From: Alphaproteobacteria bacterium
GTDB lineage: Bacteria; Pseudomonadota; Alphaproteobacteria; UBA828
NCBI GenBank assembly: GCA_965221125.1
Contig: CBDCRW010000006.1
Coordinates: 64,001 to 128,000, forward strand
Reading direction: 5' to 3'
Length of the DNA stretch: 64,000 nt
Position 1 is the first letter of the stretch. The number at the start of each line of letters is the position of its first letter. The notes beneath the pieces were generated by a model. That model was not told where the DNA came from and made no database searches. It saw only the letters and a program-made list of their open reading frames with translations. Of this stretch, positions 29,955-40,551 are shown piece after piece. The translations under genes were made by a program, and so were the position numbers.

Positions 29955-30614
29955 ATGGGCAAGATGATCGAGTTCGGCTGCCCCGGCGGCAGCGAGGCGG
30001 AGGGATACCTGGCGGAGGCGCCGGGATCGCGCGCGGGCCTCGTCGTCATCCAGGAGTGGTGGGGCCTCAACGATCAGATCAAGGGGACCGCCGACCGCTT
30101 CGCAGGAGCCGGCTTCACCGCGCTCGCCCCCGATCTCTACCACGGCCGGGTGACGCAGGAGCCCGACGAGGCCAACCACATGATGGAAGGGCTGGACTGG
30201 GTCGGCGCGACCGAGGTCGAAATCCACGGCGCCTGCACGCGGCTCAAGGAGAGCTGCGACAAGGTCGGCGTCACCGGGTTCTGCCTGGGCGGCGCGCTCA
30301 CCGTCATCGCCTGCGTGAAGGTCCCCGCGTGCGATGCCGGCGTCTCGTTCTACGGCATCCCGCCCAAGGAGCAGGCCGACCCGGCCGACATCACGGTGCC
30401 GTTCCAGGGTCATTTCGCCAACACCGACTGGTGGTGCACGCCGGAGCTGGTGACCGCGCTGGAGAACACCATGAAGGACTCCGCGTCGCCGGTGGAGATC
30501 TACCGCTACGACGCCGAGCACGCCTTCTTCAACGAGCAGGACGACGCCCACCACCCGGAGTCCGCCGCGCTCTCCTGGGAGCGGACGCTGGCGTTCTTCC
30601 GCGCGCACCTCTGA
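29955..30614 (+). CDS. Dienelactone hydrolase family protein
   Basis: VVIQEWWGLN, APDLYHG, GFCLGG nucleophile, AEHAFFNE. Confidence 0.92.
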   Translation: MGKMIEFGCPGGSEAEGYLAEAPGSRAGLVVIQEWWGLNDQIKGTADRFAGAGFTALAPDLYHGRVTQEPDEANHMMEGLDWVGATEVEIHGACTRLKESCDKVGVTGFCLGGALTVIACVKVPACDAGVSFYGIPPKEQADPADITVPFQGHFANTDWWCTPELVTALENTMKDSASPVEIYRYDAEHAFFNEQDDAHHPESAALSWERTLAFFRAHL

Positions 30615-30631
30615 CGCCGCGCAGGTCTGCG

Positions 30632-31306
30632 TCAGGTCAGGCGGTCGATCGCCTCGTCGGCCGTCAGCACGTCGCCGTAGGTGGCGAAGCAGACGGCGTA
30701 GGTCCAGGCGTCCTCTTCCGCCGAGCGGCCCGCGTTCGCGTCCGAGATCATGACCGTCCTGAAGTCGTAGGCCGCCGCCTCGCGCGCGGTCGTCTCGCAG
30801 CAGACGTTGGTGACCGTGCCGACGACGAGCACCGTGTCGACACCGCGATCGCGCAGCACTTGCTCGAGCTGCCCCTGGCTGCCGATGAAGCCGCCGAAGC
30901 GGTTCTTGTGAACGAGCGGGTCCGTCTCGCGCACGTCGAGGTCGGGCCAGATCGCGTGGCCCGCCGCGCCCTCGCTGAGCCCGCCGCGGAAGACCGCCGC
31001 GGCCTCTTCGCCGAGGACGACGTCGAGGTTGGCCCAGTTCCTCGCCTCGTCCGGGCCGTAGGTCGAGACCACCCAGACGACGTGCCCGCCGCGCGCCCGC
31101 AGCGCGGCGGCGAGCCGGTTGACCGTCGGCACGATCGCCCGTGCGCTCGGCATCTCCGACGGGCTACCCTCGCGCATGAAATGGACTTGCAAGTCCACCA
31201 CGAGGAGCGCCGTGGTTGCTGCGTCCAGGCTCTCGTACACGTGCAGCCGGCCGCGCCGGCGCAACACGCGATCGATGACGCGCTGGGGAATCTGCGGCGG
31301 TTCCAT
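30632..31306 (-). CDS. Isochorismatase-like cysteine hydrolase (amidohydrolase)
   Basis: ALLVVDLQ, KNRFGGF, GTVTNVCCETTAREA (Asp-Lys-Cys triad). Confidence 0.9.
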   Translation of the reverse strand: MEPPQIPQRVIDRVLRRRGRLHVYESLDAATTALLVVDLQVHFMREGSPSEMPSARAIVPTVNRLAAALRARGGHVVWVVSTYGPDEARNWANLDVVLGEEAAAVFRGGLSEGAAGHAIWPDLDVRETDPLVHKNRFGGFIGSQGQLEQVLRDRGVDTVLVVGTVTNVCCETTAREAAAYDFRTVMISDANAGRSAEEDAWTYAVCFATYGDVLTADEAIDRLT

Positions 31307-31371
31307 GCTCACCTCCCGTCTCCACGTACCAGGCCAATCGAGCGTGCTGCGCCCGAGGAGAGAGATTAGCG

Positions 31372-32853
31372 ATGATCCGTAGCGGTGAGGAATACCTTGA
31401 ATCGTTGCGCGACGGGCGTGCCGTCTACGTCGGCGGCGAGCGGGTCGACGACGTCACCACCCATCCCGGCTTCCGCAACGCGGCGCGCTCCTACGCGAGG
31501 GTGTTCGACGCCCGCTTCGACCCCCGTTACCGCGACCTGCTGAGCTACGAGGAGGACGGCGCGCGTCACGCCATGTACTACCTGCGGCCCCGCTCGCGCG
31601 AGGACCTGGAGCGCCGCTCGCGCTCGGCCGAGGTCATCGCCGACTTCACCTACGGCATGATGGGCCGCTCGCCCGATTTCATCGGCGGCTACGTCTCGGG
31701 CGCCGCCATACAGCCGGAAGTCTTCGACAGCGGCAGCCGGCCCTTCGCGGCCAACCTGCTCGCCTACTACGAGCAGTGCAAGCGCGAGGACCTCTTCCTC
31801 TCCCACGCGGTGACGCCGCCGCCCGGAGCCAAGGACGAGAGCTTCGCGGGCCGCGCCGCCGACACGGTGCCGACGGCGCTCGCCGTCACGGCGGAGCGGG
31901 ACGACGGCGTGGTCATCAGCGGCCTCAAGATGCTGGCCACCAGCGCCGCCTTCAGCGATCACGTCTGGATCGGCAACATTCAGCCGCTCGCCAGGGGCCA
32001 CGAGAAGGAGTCGATCACCTGCGTCATCCCGGCGAACGCGCCGGGGCTGAGCCTCTGGTCGCGCAAGCCCTTCGAGCGCTACGCCGTCAGCGAGGTCGAC
32101 AACCCGATGGCCTACCGCTTCGACGAGAGCGACTGCATCGTCGTCTGTGACGGGGTCAAGGTGCCCTGGGAGCACGTCTTCACCCTCGACGACATCGAGC
32201 TCTCCCGCCAGATCTACTTCCGCACCCCCGCGCACACGCTGTCGAACCACCAGGCCTGCGTCCGCTACCGCTCGAAGCTGCGGCTGCTGCTCGGTCTCGC
32301 ACGGCGCATGACGGAATCGTCGGGCATCGACGGCGTGCCCGCGGTGAGGGACGAGATCGGCCACCTTGCCGCGCAGTACGGCATGATCGACGGCATGATC
32401 CAGGGCCAGATCCACGACTTCCTGGACCTCGGCAACGGCTACGTGAACTACAACCGGCACATGATGTACGCGGCCATCTACTGGTGCACCCAGAACTACG
32501 ACCACATCTGCTCCAAGGTGCGCGAGCTTTCGGGCGGCGGCGTGCTGCAGATGCCGGCGGACATCTCGGTGATGGAGAACGAGGACACCCGGGAGACGTT
32601 CGAGGCGCTGTGGCGGATGCCGGGGCACGGCGCGCTCGACCGCTTCAAGCTCTACAAGCTGGCGTGGGACCTCTTGGGAAGCGACTTCGCCGGCCGCCAC
32701 GCGCAATACGAGCGCTTCTACATGGGGCCGGCCTACGTCGTCCGCAGCCACAACCACCGCGAATGCGACTGGGGAGCGGTGCTGGATTACGTGGACGAAC
32801 TGCTGCAGAGTTACGGACCCGGCCCCATGCTCGACAAGGGTGCGGCCGGATAA
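31372..32853 (+). CDS. 4-hydroxyphenylacetate 3-hydroxylase family flavin monooxygenase, oxygenase component
   Basis: YLESLRDGRAVY, GMMGRSPDF, GLKMLATSA, RFDESD, GRHAQYERFYMG. Confidence 0.88.
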   Translation: MIRSGEEYLESLRDGRAVYVGGERVDDVTTHPGFRNAARSYARVFDARFDPRYRDLLSYEEDGARHAMYYLRPRSREDLERRSRSAEVIADFTYGMMGRSPDFIGGYVSGAAIQPEVFDSGSRPFAANLLAYYEQCKREDLFLSHAVTPPPGAKDESFAGRAADTVPTALAVTAERDDGVVISGLKMLATSAAFSDHVWIGNIQPLARGHEKESITCVIPANAPGLSLWSRKPFERYAVSEVDNPMAYRFDESDCIVVCDGVKVPWEHVFTLDDIELSRQIYFRTPAHTLSNHQACVRYRSKLRLLLGLARRMTESSGIDGVPAVRDEIGHLAAQYGMIDGMIQGQIHDFLDLGNGYVNYNRHMMYAAIYWCTQNYDHICSKVRELSGGGVLQMPADISVMENEDTRETFEALWRMPGHGALDRFKLYKLAWDLLGSDFAGRHAQYERFYMGPAYVVRSHNHRECDWGAVLDYVDELLQSYGPGPMLDKGAAG

Positions 32854-32886
32854 CGCGCCCGCAATGCGGTCATGGGAGGGCAGCCG

Positions 32887-34962
32887 GTGCGACTTTCCGT
32901 CGATGTGGGGGGGACCTTCACCGACCTCGTGCAGGAGGCCGGGGACGGGACCTTCCGCCTCTTCAAGTCGCCGACGCGGCCGGACGATCCGGTTCAGGGC
33001 TGCCTCGAGGTGCTGCAGCGGGCGGCGGATGCCGACGGGCGCGACCGCGCCGCCCTGCTCGGCGCGTGCGAGCTTTTCCTCCACGCCACCACGCGCGCGA
33101 CCAATGCCGTGCTGACCGGGCGGACGGCACGGACCGCCTTCCTCACCACCGAGGGGCACCCGGATATCTTCCTGCTGCGCGAGGGCGGCCGGGTCGATCC
33201 CTTCGACAACACCGTGCCGTTCCCGGACCCGCTGGTGCCGCGCCGGCTCACCTTCGAGGTGCCGGAACGCATGCGCGCCGACGGCGTGGTCCACAAGCCG
33301 CTGGACGAAGACGCCGTCCTTACTGTGATCGAGCGGCTCAAGGGGGCGGAAGTCGAGGCCGTCGGGGTCTGCCTGCTCTGGTCGATCGTCAATCCGGACC
33401 ACGAGGAGAGGGTCGGCGCGCTCCTGGACGCCCATCTGCCGGGCGTGCCCTACACGCTCTCCCACCGCCTCAACCCCTCGCTCAGGGAGTACCGGCGGGC
33501 GTCCAGCGCCTGCATCGACGCATCCCTGAAGCCGGTCATGACCGGCTACCTGTCGTCGCTGGAAGAGCGGCTGCGCAATGCCGGCTTCAGCGGCCGGCTG
33601 CTCACCGTGACCTCGCAGGGCGGCGTGGTCGATGCGGCCGACCTGGCGGCGACGCCCATCCACTCGCTCAACTCCGGCCCGGCAATGGCGCCCGTCGCCG
33701 GTCGCAACCTGGCTGCCGCCGAGGGCGCCGAGGACATGGCCATCGTGGCTGATACCGGCGGCACCAGCTACGACGTCTCGCTGGTGCGCAAGGGGCGCAT
33801 TCCCTGGACCCGGGAGACCTGGCTCGGCTCGCGCATCCGCGGCCACATGACGGGCTTCCCCTCCGTCGACGTCCGCAGCGTCGGCGCCGGCGGCGGCTCC
33901 ATAGCCTGGGTCGATCCGGGCGGCATGCTGCATGTCGGCCCGGACAGCGCGGGCTCCGTGCCGGGTCCGGCCTGCTACGGCCAGGGCGGCACCGAGCCGA
34001 CCGTGACCGACGCGGCGCTCGCCCTCGGCTATATCGATGCCGACTTCTTCCTCGGCGGCGCCATCGCGCTGGATACGGAGCGCGCGACGGCGGCCATCGC
34101 GGACAGGATCGGCGCCCCACTCGGCGTGGGCGCGCACGAGGCTGCGGCCGCGATCCTCGACGTCGTCAGCCAGAACATGGTTCACGCCATCGAGGACATC
34201 ACGATCAACCAGGGCGTCGATCCGCGCGAGGCGGTGCTGATCGGCGGCGGCGGCGCGGCGGGCCTCAACTCGGTCCAGATCGCGCGGCGGCTCGGCTGCA
34301 AGCGGCTGGTGATTCCCGAAGTGGGCACGACGCTGAGCGCCGCCGGCGCGCTGATGTCCGACCTCAGCACCGAGTTCAGCCGCACCACGTTCACCACCAG
34401 CGACCGCTTCGATGCGGACGCGGTCAACGCGACCCTTTCAGCGCTGGAGGCGCAGTGCCGCGCCTTCCTCGAAGGGCGCGGCACCGCCGGGATGGAGCAG
34501 AGCGTCGAGTTCTCGGTCGAGGCCCGCTACCCGCACCAGGTCTGGGAGATCGAGGTACCGCTCAGCAAAAGCCGCTTCGACGGTCCTGCGGACGTCGAGC
34601 GGGTGGTGGCGGACCTCCACGACCTGCACGAAGAAATGTTCGCCGTGGCCGACCGGGATTCGCACGTGGAAGCGGTGACGTGGCGCGCGCGGGCGCGCTG
34701 CGCCATCGGCCGGCTGGCCGACGCCCGCGCCGTCGAGCCTGCGGCGGACGGCGAGGAGCGCTGGCTTCGCGCCGCCTACTTCCCCGGCGCAGGGCTTGTG
34801 GACGCCCACGTGCATCGCCTTCAGGCGATGGCCGCAGGCGAGCGCGTGGATGGGCCGGCGATCGTCGAATCGAGCTTCACCACCGTGGTCATCGATCCGG
34901 GCGCCTCGGTGGTCCGCTCGGCGAACGGCAACCTGATCGTCGAAATGAACGGGCAGACGTAG
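32887..34962 (+). CDS. Hydantoinase/oxoprolinase subunit A (ATP-binding)
   Basis: VDVGGTFTD, HATTRATNA, SGPAMA, DTGGTSYD, VGAGGGSIA, PGPACYGQGGTEPTVTDA; GTG start after GGAGG. Confidence 0.92.
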   Translation: MRLSVDVGGTFTDLVQEAGDGTFRLFKSPTRPDDPVQGCLEVLQRAADADGRDRAALLGACELFLHATTRATNAVLTGRTARTAFLTTEGHPDIFLLREGGRVDPFDNTVPFPDPLVPRRLTFEVPERMRADGVVHKPLDEDAVLTVIERLKGAEVEAVGVCLLWSIVNPDHEERVGALLDAHLPGVPYTLSHRLNPSLREYRRASSACIDASLKPVMTGYLSSLEERLRNAGFSGRLLTVTSQGGVVDAADLAATPIHSLNSGPAMAPVAGRNLAAAEGAEDMAIVADTGGTSYDVSLVRKGRIPWTRETWLGSRIRGHMTGFPSVDVRSVGAGGGSIAWVDPGGMLHVGPDSAGSVPGPACYGQGGTEPTVTDAALALGYIDADFFLGGAIALDTERATAAIADRIGAPLGVGAHEAAAAILDVVSQNMVHAIEDITINQGVDPREAVLIGGGGAAGLNSVQIARRLGCKRLVIPEVGTTLSAAGALMSDLSTEFSRTTFTTSDRFDADAVNATLSALEAQCRAFLEGRGTAGMEQSVEFSVEARYPHQVWEIEVPLSKSRFDGPADVERVVADLHDLHEEMFAVADRDSHVEAVTWRARARCAIGRLADARAVEPAADGEERWLRAAYFPGAGLVDAHVHRLQAMAAGERVDGPAIVESSFTTVVIDPGASVVRSANGNLIVEMNGQT

Positions 34963-34977
34963 AGGGAGACCGGGACC

Positions 34978-36777
34978 GTGGCCAGGAACGACACGGCAAG
35001 GAGCGCGGAGCGGACCTTTGATGGCGTCCGGCTCGCGGTGCTCTCCAAGCGCTTCGAGAGCGTGGCCTCGAAGATGGCCAACACGCTGCTGCGCACGGGG
35101 CGCTCCGGCGTGCTGAACATGGCGCGCGACTTCTCGTGCTGCATCGTCACGGCCGATTGCGAGCTGATCTCGGCGGCCGAGTGCTACCCGATCCACGTGC
35201 TGCGCGGCGCCGACATCATGGCGGCCGCGATGAAGGAGTTTCACCCCGAGCTGAGGCGGGGCGACGCCTTCCTCCACAACTCGCCCTACCACGGCAATTC
35301 GCACGCGGCCGACCACGTGATCCTGGTGCCGGTCATCGACGACGACGGCGTGCACCGCTTCACCGTGCTCGCCAAGGCCCATCAGGCGGACTGCGGCAAC
35401 TCCATGGCCACCACCTACATGGGCGCGGCGCGGGACGTGTACGAGGAGGGCGCGCTGATCTTCCCAGCCGTGCAGGTGCAGCGGGACTACGCGGACATCG
35501 GCGACATCATCCGCATGTGCGAGCTGCGCATCCGCGTGCCGTCGCAGTGGCGGGGCGACTACCTGGCCATGCTGGGCGCGGCGCGGATCGGCGAGCGCGC
35601 CATGCTGGAGATGGGCCGCGACGTGGGCTGGGAGACGCTGGAGCAGTACACCCGCGAGTACTTCGACTACGGCGAGTACCTGATGATCCAGGCGGTCGGC
35701 GAGATGCCGAGCGGCCGGGCGAGCGCCACCGCGACCCACGACCCGGTGCCGGGGACGCCGGAGCACGGCATCACGGTCAGGGCCGACGTCAGCGTGGACA
35801 GCGAGAACGCGCGGATCACCGTCGATCTGCGCGACAACCCGCAGGCCTATCCCTGCGGCCTCAATCTGTCGCAGGCGTGCGCGCTCTCCGCCTGCATGGT
35901 GGGCGTCTTCAACACCGTGGGCCACAAGGTGCCGCCCAATGCCGGCAGCTACCGGCGAATCGACGTGCTGCTGGGGGAGGGCACCGTCTGCGGCGTGCCC
36001 CGCCATCCCACCAGCACCTCGGTGGCGACCACCAACCTCGGCGACCGGGTGACCTGCGCGGTACAGCGCGCGCTCGCGGACATCGGCGACGGCATCGGCA
36101 TGGCCGACGGCGGCGCCGCGATCCCGGCGACCGGCGCGGTCATCTCGGGCAAGGATCCGCGCCACGGCGGCGCGCCCTTCTGCAACGAGGTGATCCTGCT
36201 CGGCGGCAGCGGCCCCGGCACGCCCTACACCGACGGCTGGCTCACCATGCTCACCATGGGCAATGCCGGCATGCCGCTTGTCGACAGCATCGAGGTGGAC
36301 GAGATCCATCACCCCATGCTGATCAACGAGCGCCGCCTGATACCGGATTCGGAGGGCGAGGGGCGCTTTCGCGGCGGGCCGGGCTTCCGGGTGGAATATG
36401 GCCCGGTCGACTGCGACATGGAGCTCGGCTACGTCTGCGACGGCAGCCTGAACCCGGCCAAGGGCGCGCGCGGCGGCGGCATCGGCTGCCCCGCGCGTCA
36501 CTACAAGCGGGTGGCAGGCAACGGCGACCTGGTCGAGGTGCCGGATACCAGCGCCCAGTACGTGCTGAAGCAGGGCGAGACGATCATTTCCTACACGCCC
36601 GGCGGCGGGGGCTACGGCCCGCCGCTGGAGCGCGAGCCCGCGCATGTGCAGAAGGACGTGGCCGAGGGCTGGATCACGCGCGAGCGCGCCCGCGACATCT
36701 ACGGCGTCATCATCGATGCGGACGGCGCGGTCGATGCCGACGCCACGGCAGTGCGCCGCGCCGAGATGGCCGGCTGA
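34978..36777 (+). CDS. Hydantoinase/oxoprolinase subunit B
   Basis: [46 protein letters not shown]. Confidence 0.92.
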   Translation: MARNDTARSAERTFDGVRLAVLSKRFESVASKMANTLLRTGRSGVLNMARDFSCCIVTADCELISAAECYPIHVLRGADIMAAAMKEFHPELRRGDAFLHNSPYHGNSHAADHVILVPVIDDDGVHRFTVLAKAHQADCGNSMATTYMGAARDVYEEGALIFPAVQVQRDYADIGDIIRMCELRIRVPSQWRGDYLAMLGAARIGERAMLEMGRDVGWETLEQYTREYFDYGEYLMIQAVGEMPSGRASATATHDPVPGTPEHGITVRADVSVDSENARITVDLRDNPQAYPCGLNLSQACALSACMVGVFNTVGHKVPPNAGSYRRIDVLLGEGTVCGVPRHPTSTSVATTNLGDRVTCAVQRALADIGDGIGMADGGAAIPATGAVISGKDPRHGGAPFCNEVILLGGSGPGTPYTDGWLTMLTMGNAGMPLVDSIEVDEIHHPMLINERRLIPDSEGEGRFRGGPGFRVEYGPVDCDMELGYVCDGSLNPAKGARGGGIGCPARHYKRVAGNGDLVEVPDTSAQYVLKQGETIISYTPGGGGYGPPLEREPAHVQKDVAEGWITRERARDIYGVIIDADGAVDADATAVRRAEMAG

Positions 36778-36863
36778 ATGGGGGAATCTGCGCGCGACGC
36801 GGGCCGTGACAGTGGCAAGACAACCGGGCTAGGCTCAACAACACCGACACAGGGAGGGACGTA

Positions 36864-37730
36864 ATGAATAAGCTGGCACTCGTTTCCATGGCAATTGGCG
36901 CCGCGTTGGCGGGCTGGACGATGATCGGCACCGCGCAGGCCGCCGACCCGGCGTGCGAGCCCGACATGGTGGCCGAGAAGTATCCCGGCATCGCGGGCAA
37001 GACCATCAAGATTGGCGCGGACCCACAGACTCCGCCCTACGTGTTCCGCGACGCCGAGAATTTCGACAACGTGATCGGATACGACGCCGACCTCTCGCGT
37101 GCGGTCTTCGCGTGCGCGGGCGTCGATGTCGAGTTCGAGCTGGGCGGCTGGTCCGGCCTTCTGCCGGCGCTCGTTGCCGGGCAGATCGACGTGATGTGGG
37201 ACACCCTCTATTACACAGCCGAGCGGGCCGAGCAGGTGGACTACGTCATCTACATGCAGGCCGGCACCGGCGGCATGACCCAGAAGGGCAACCCGAAGGG
37301 CATCGGCGGCCTCGACGATGCCTGCGGCAACGTGTTCTCGGTCGGCCTCGGCACGGTCGAGGAAGCGGCCATGCGCGCCAAGAGCGAGGAGTGCACGGCG
37401 GCCGGCATGGAAGGCGTCGAGATCATGACCTATCCGGACGTCGCCGCCGGCTTCCGGCAGGTCGAGAACCAGCGCGCCGACATCATGCTCTCGGATCTCA
37501 GCCTGCTGACCAAGTACACGCTCGACAATTCGGACACCACCGAGATGGCGTTCAAGATCCTCACCGGCTTCAAGATCGGCGTGGCCGTGGTCAACGGCGC
37601 GGACGATCTGCTGCGGGCCATCGAGGACGGGCTGCGTATCATGGAGGCGAACGGCACCAAGCACGACACGTTCGTCAAGTACCAGATGGACCCCGACCTC
37701 GCGTTGCCCACAGAGGTTTTGCGCGACTAA
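36864..37730 (+). CDS. Polar amino acid ABC transporter substrate-binding protein
   Basis: Signal peptide; PPYVF, GYDADL, LLPALVAGQID, YTAERAEQVDY. Confidence 0.88.
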   Translation: MNKLALVSMAIGAALAGWTMIGTAQAADPACEPDMVAEKYPGIAGKTIKIGADPQTPPYVFRDAENFDNVIGYDADLSRAVFACAGVDVEFELGGWSGLLPALVAGQIDVMWDTLYYTAERAEQVDYVIYMQAGTGGMTQKGNPKGIGGLDDACGNVFSVGLGTVEEAAMRAKSEECTAAGMEGVEIMTYPDVAAGFRQVENQRADIMLSDLSLLTKYTLDNSDTTEMAFKILTGFKIGVAVVNGADDLLRAIEDGLRIMEANGTKHDTFVKYQMDPDLALPTEVLRD

Positions 37731-37780
37731 GTGGCGATGGGGCGCCCGGCACCGGCGCGCCCTGACACGCCGTAGCGGAG

Positions 37781-39583
37781 ATGTCGTTCGCCGAGCGTTT
37801 CGGCTGGACCCTGCTCGTCTCGTGCGTACTCGGGGTCCTGCTGATTCTCATCGGCAACGGCATCCCCGATGCCTGGGGCATCACGCTCCAGGAACTGGCG
37901 CAAGGCGAAAAGCGCGAGAAGGCCGAGACCGGCACCTTCCTCGCGTGGCTCCGCGAGTTCCTGGGCTATGTCACGTCGTCCTTCCTGCTGGAAGGCGCGT
38001 GGCTCGCCGTCAAGATCACCGTGCTCGCCATGGCGATCGGCCTGTTCCTGGGCCTTGTGCTGGCGCTCATGCGGCTTTCCGGCATCTGGCCGCTGAGTGC
38101 GACGGCCTGGTTCTACATCTGGTTCATGCGGGGCACGCCGCAGCTCCTGCAGCTGGTCTTCATCTTCGACGCGCTGCCGCTCATCGGGCTCAGGTTCGAC
38201 ACCTTCACCACCGCCGTCATCGGCTTCGCGCTGAACGAGGCGGCGTTCAGCGGCGAGATCATCCGGGGCGGCATCATCTCGGTCGACCGCAACCAGAATA
38301 TCGCCGCCAAGTCGCTCGGCATGGGCCCGACGCTGACGCTGCGCCGCATCATCATGCCGCAGGCGCTCCGCCCCATCCTGCCGGCGATCACCAACGACAC
38401 CATCAGCATGCTGAAGCTGACGTCGATCGCGTCCGTGATCTTCGTCAACGAGCTGACCTTCCGCGCCCAGCAGATCGTGGGCCAGAACTTCAAGTTCTTC
38501 ACCGTCTTCGCGGCGGCTGCGGTGATCTATCTGGTGATGACCAGCGCGATCTCGATCGTGCAGGCGATCCTCGAGCGGCGTTTCAGCCTGGAGAAGGAGC
38601 CGCTTCCGATCCCCGGCAGCGTCAACGCGCTCGGGCGCTTCTTCGGCTTCCGCGGAATGGAGAAGCCGGTGTTCCAGCCGCGGCAGCAGGCGCCGGCCGA
38701 GCCTTCGCCGCCGGAGCCGCCCACCGTGCGGGAGCAGGTGGCGGATACCAGCGACTGGATCGAGCTCCTGGCCGAGCAGCAGCGCGAGACCCGGGAGCAC
38801 AAGGACGAGCCCTTCGTGGTCTGCGGGAACGTCCACAAGTCCTATGGGCCCAACCACGTGCTGCGCGGCATCGACTTGACCGTGAAGCGGGGCGAGGTCG
38901 TGACCATCATGGGGCCGAGCGGCTCGGGCAAGAGCACCCTTCTCAGGATGGTGAACCACCTGGAGGCCATCGACGACGGCGAGATCACGGTGGACGGCAA
39001 GTACGTCGGCTACGAGATCGTGAAGGGCGAGCTGAAGCCGAGCCGCGACCTCTCCCGAGCCAGGGCCGAGGCCAGGATCGGCATGGTCTTCCAGCACTTC
39101 AACCTGTTCCACCACTTCTCGGCGCTCGAGAACGTCATGGAAGCGCCCACGCATGTCTACGGCGTGAGCAAGCAGCAGGCTGAGGAGACGGCGCGCCGCC
39201 TGCTCGTCGGCGTCGGCCTCGGCGGCCACCTGGACCACCTGCCGCATCGTCTCTCCGGCGGGCAGCAGCAGCGGGTTGCGATCTCGCGGGCGCTCGCCAT
39301 CTCGCCCCGGCTGATGCTGTTCGACGAGCCGACCTCGGCGCTCGATCCCGAGCTAGTCTCCGAGGTGCTGGCCGTGATCCGACGCCTCGCCGAAGCGGGC
39401 ATGACGCTCATCGTCGTCACCCACGAGGTCCGCTTCGCCAAGGAGGTGGCGGACCGGGTGATCTTCATGGACGAAGGGCGGATCGTGGAGGAGGGGCCGC
39501 CCTCCCAGGTCCTCGGCAATCCCAAGGAGCCGCGCACCCGGCGCTTCCTGCAGCTCGTGGAGCGCGAGGAAGGAACATTCTAG
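37781..39583 (+). CDS. Amino acid ABC transporter, fused permease and ATP-binding domains
   Basis: [22 protein letters not shown] permease; [31 protein letters not shown] ATPase. Confidence 0.93.
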   Translation: MSFAERFGWTLLVSCVLGVLLILIGNGIPDAWGITLQELAQGEKREKAETGTFLAWLREFLGYVTSSFLLEGAWLAVKITVLAMAIGLFLGLVLALMRLSGIWPLSATAWFYIWFMRGTPQLLQLVFIFDALPLIGLRFDTFTTAVIGFALNEAAFSGEIIRGGIISVDRNQNIAAKSLGMGPTLTLRRIIMPQALRPILPAITNDTISMLKLTSIASVIFVNELTFRAQQIVGQNFKFFTVFAAAAVIYLVMTSAISIVQAILERRFSLEKEPLPIPGSVNALGRFFGFRGMEKPVFQPRQQAPAEPSPPEPPTVREQVADTSDWIELLAEQQRETREHKDEPFVVCGNVHKSYGPNHVLRGIDLTVKRGEVVTIMGPSGSGKSTLLRMVNHLEAIDDGEITVDGKYVGYEIVKGELKPSRDLSRARAEARIGMVFQHFNLFHHFSALENVMEAPTHVYGVSKQQAEETARRLLVGVGLGGHLDHLPHRLSGGQQQRVAISRALAISPRLMLFDEPTSALDPELVSEVLAVIRRLAEAGMTLIVVTHEVRFAKEVADRVIFMDEGRIVEEGPPSQVLGNPKEPRTRRFLQLVEREEGTF

Positions 39584-39594
39584 GGAGACGCGGC

Positions 39595-40515
39595 GTGGCC
39601 CAATCGGAGGCACCCTATCCACGCGACATGGCAGGCTACGGCGCGAGGCCGCCCGACCCCCAATGGCCGGGCGGCGCCAACGTCTGCCTCACCATCGCCG
39701 TCAACTACGAGGCCGGCGGCGAGAACAGCATCCTCCATGGCGACACCCATTCCGAAGGCATGCTGACGGATACCGGCTTCCCGCCCTACGAGGGCGCGCG
39801 CAACATGATAGTGGAAAGCGCCTTCGAGTACGGCAGCCGGCGCGGCTTCTGGCGGATCATGCGCATCCTCGACGAGCGCGACATCAAGACCAGTGTCTGG
39901 GCCGTGGTCATGGGGCTGGAGCGCAATCCGGAAGCAGCCCGCGCCATCGTCGACGGCGGCCACGAGGTCGTGAGCCACGGCTGGCGCTGGTTCGACTACC
40001 AGCACGTGCCGGAGGACGTCGAACGCCAGCACATCCGCCGCGCCGTGGACGGGCTGGAGCGGCTGACCGGCGAGCGCCCCGTCGGCTGGATGACCGGCCG
40101 GCCGAGCCCCAACACCCGGCGCCTGTTGGTGGAGGAGGGCGGCTTCCTCTACGACCGCGATTCGCTCGGCGACGAGCTGCCCTACTGGGTCCGGGTCGGC
40201 GACACGCCCCACCTGGTCATCCCGATCTCCTACGAGACCAACGACAACCGCTTCAACGAGCATTCCGGCTTCGTCACGGCGGACGGCTTCTTCACCTATC
40301 TGAAGGATGCGTTCGACGTGCTCTACCGGGAGGGCGAGCGGGGCGAGCCCAAGATGATGATGCTGGGCCTGCACGACCGGATCGTCGGCCGGCCTGCACG
40401 CGCTGCCGGGCTCGAGCGCTTCCTCGACTACGTGCTGGAGCACGACAAGGTGTGGTTCGCCCGCGGCGTCGACATCGCCCGGCACTGGATGGCGGTGCAC
40501 CCGGCCGGCCGATAG
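39595..40515 (+). CDS. puuE: Allantoinase PuuE-like (polysaccharide deacetylase fold)
   Basis: YPRDMAGYG, VNYEAGGENSILHGD, FEYGSRRGFWRI, SHGWRW, GLHDRIVGRP. Confidence 0.8.
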   Translation: MAQSEAPYPRDMAGYGARPPDPQWPGGANVCLTIAVNYEAGGENSILHGDTHSEGMLTDTGFPPYEGARNMIVESAFEYGSRRGFWRIMRILDERDIKTSVWAVVMGLERNPEAARAIVDGGHEVVSHGWRWFDYQHVPEDVERQHIRRAVDGLERLTGERPVGWMTGRPSPNTRRLLVEEGGFLYDRDSLGDELPYWVRVGDTPHLVIPISYETNDNRFNEHSGFVTADGFFTYLKDAFDVLYREGERGEPKMMMLGLHDRIVGRPARAAGLERFLDYVLEHDKVWFARGVDIARHWMAVHPAGR

Positions 40516-40551
40516 CGAAGCCCGGCGCCCGCGCTGCAAAGAGGTGACACG

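Noticed and set aside
37781-39583. Permease-ATPase fusion as a novelty
   Set aside because: Known architecture among polar amino acid ABC transporters
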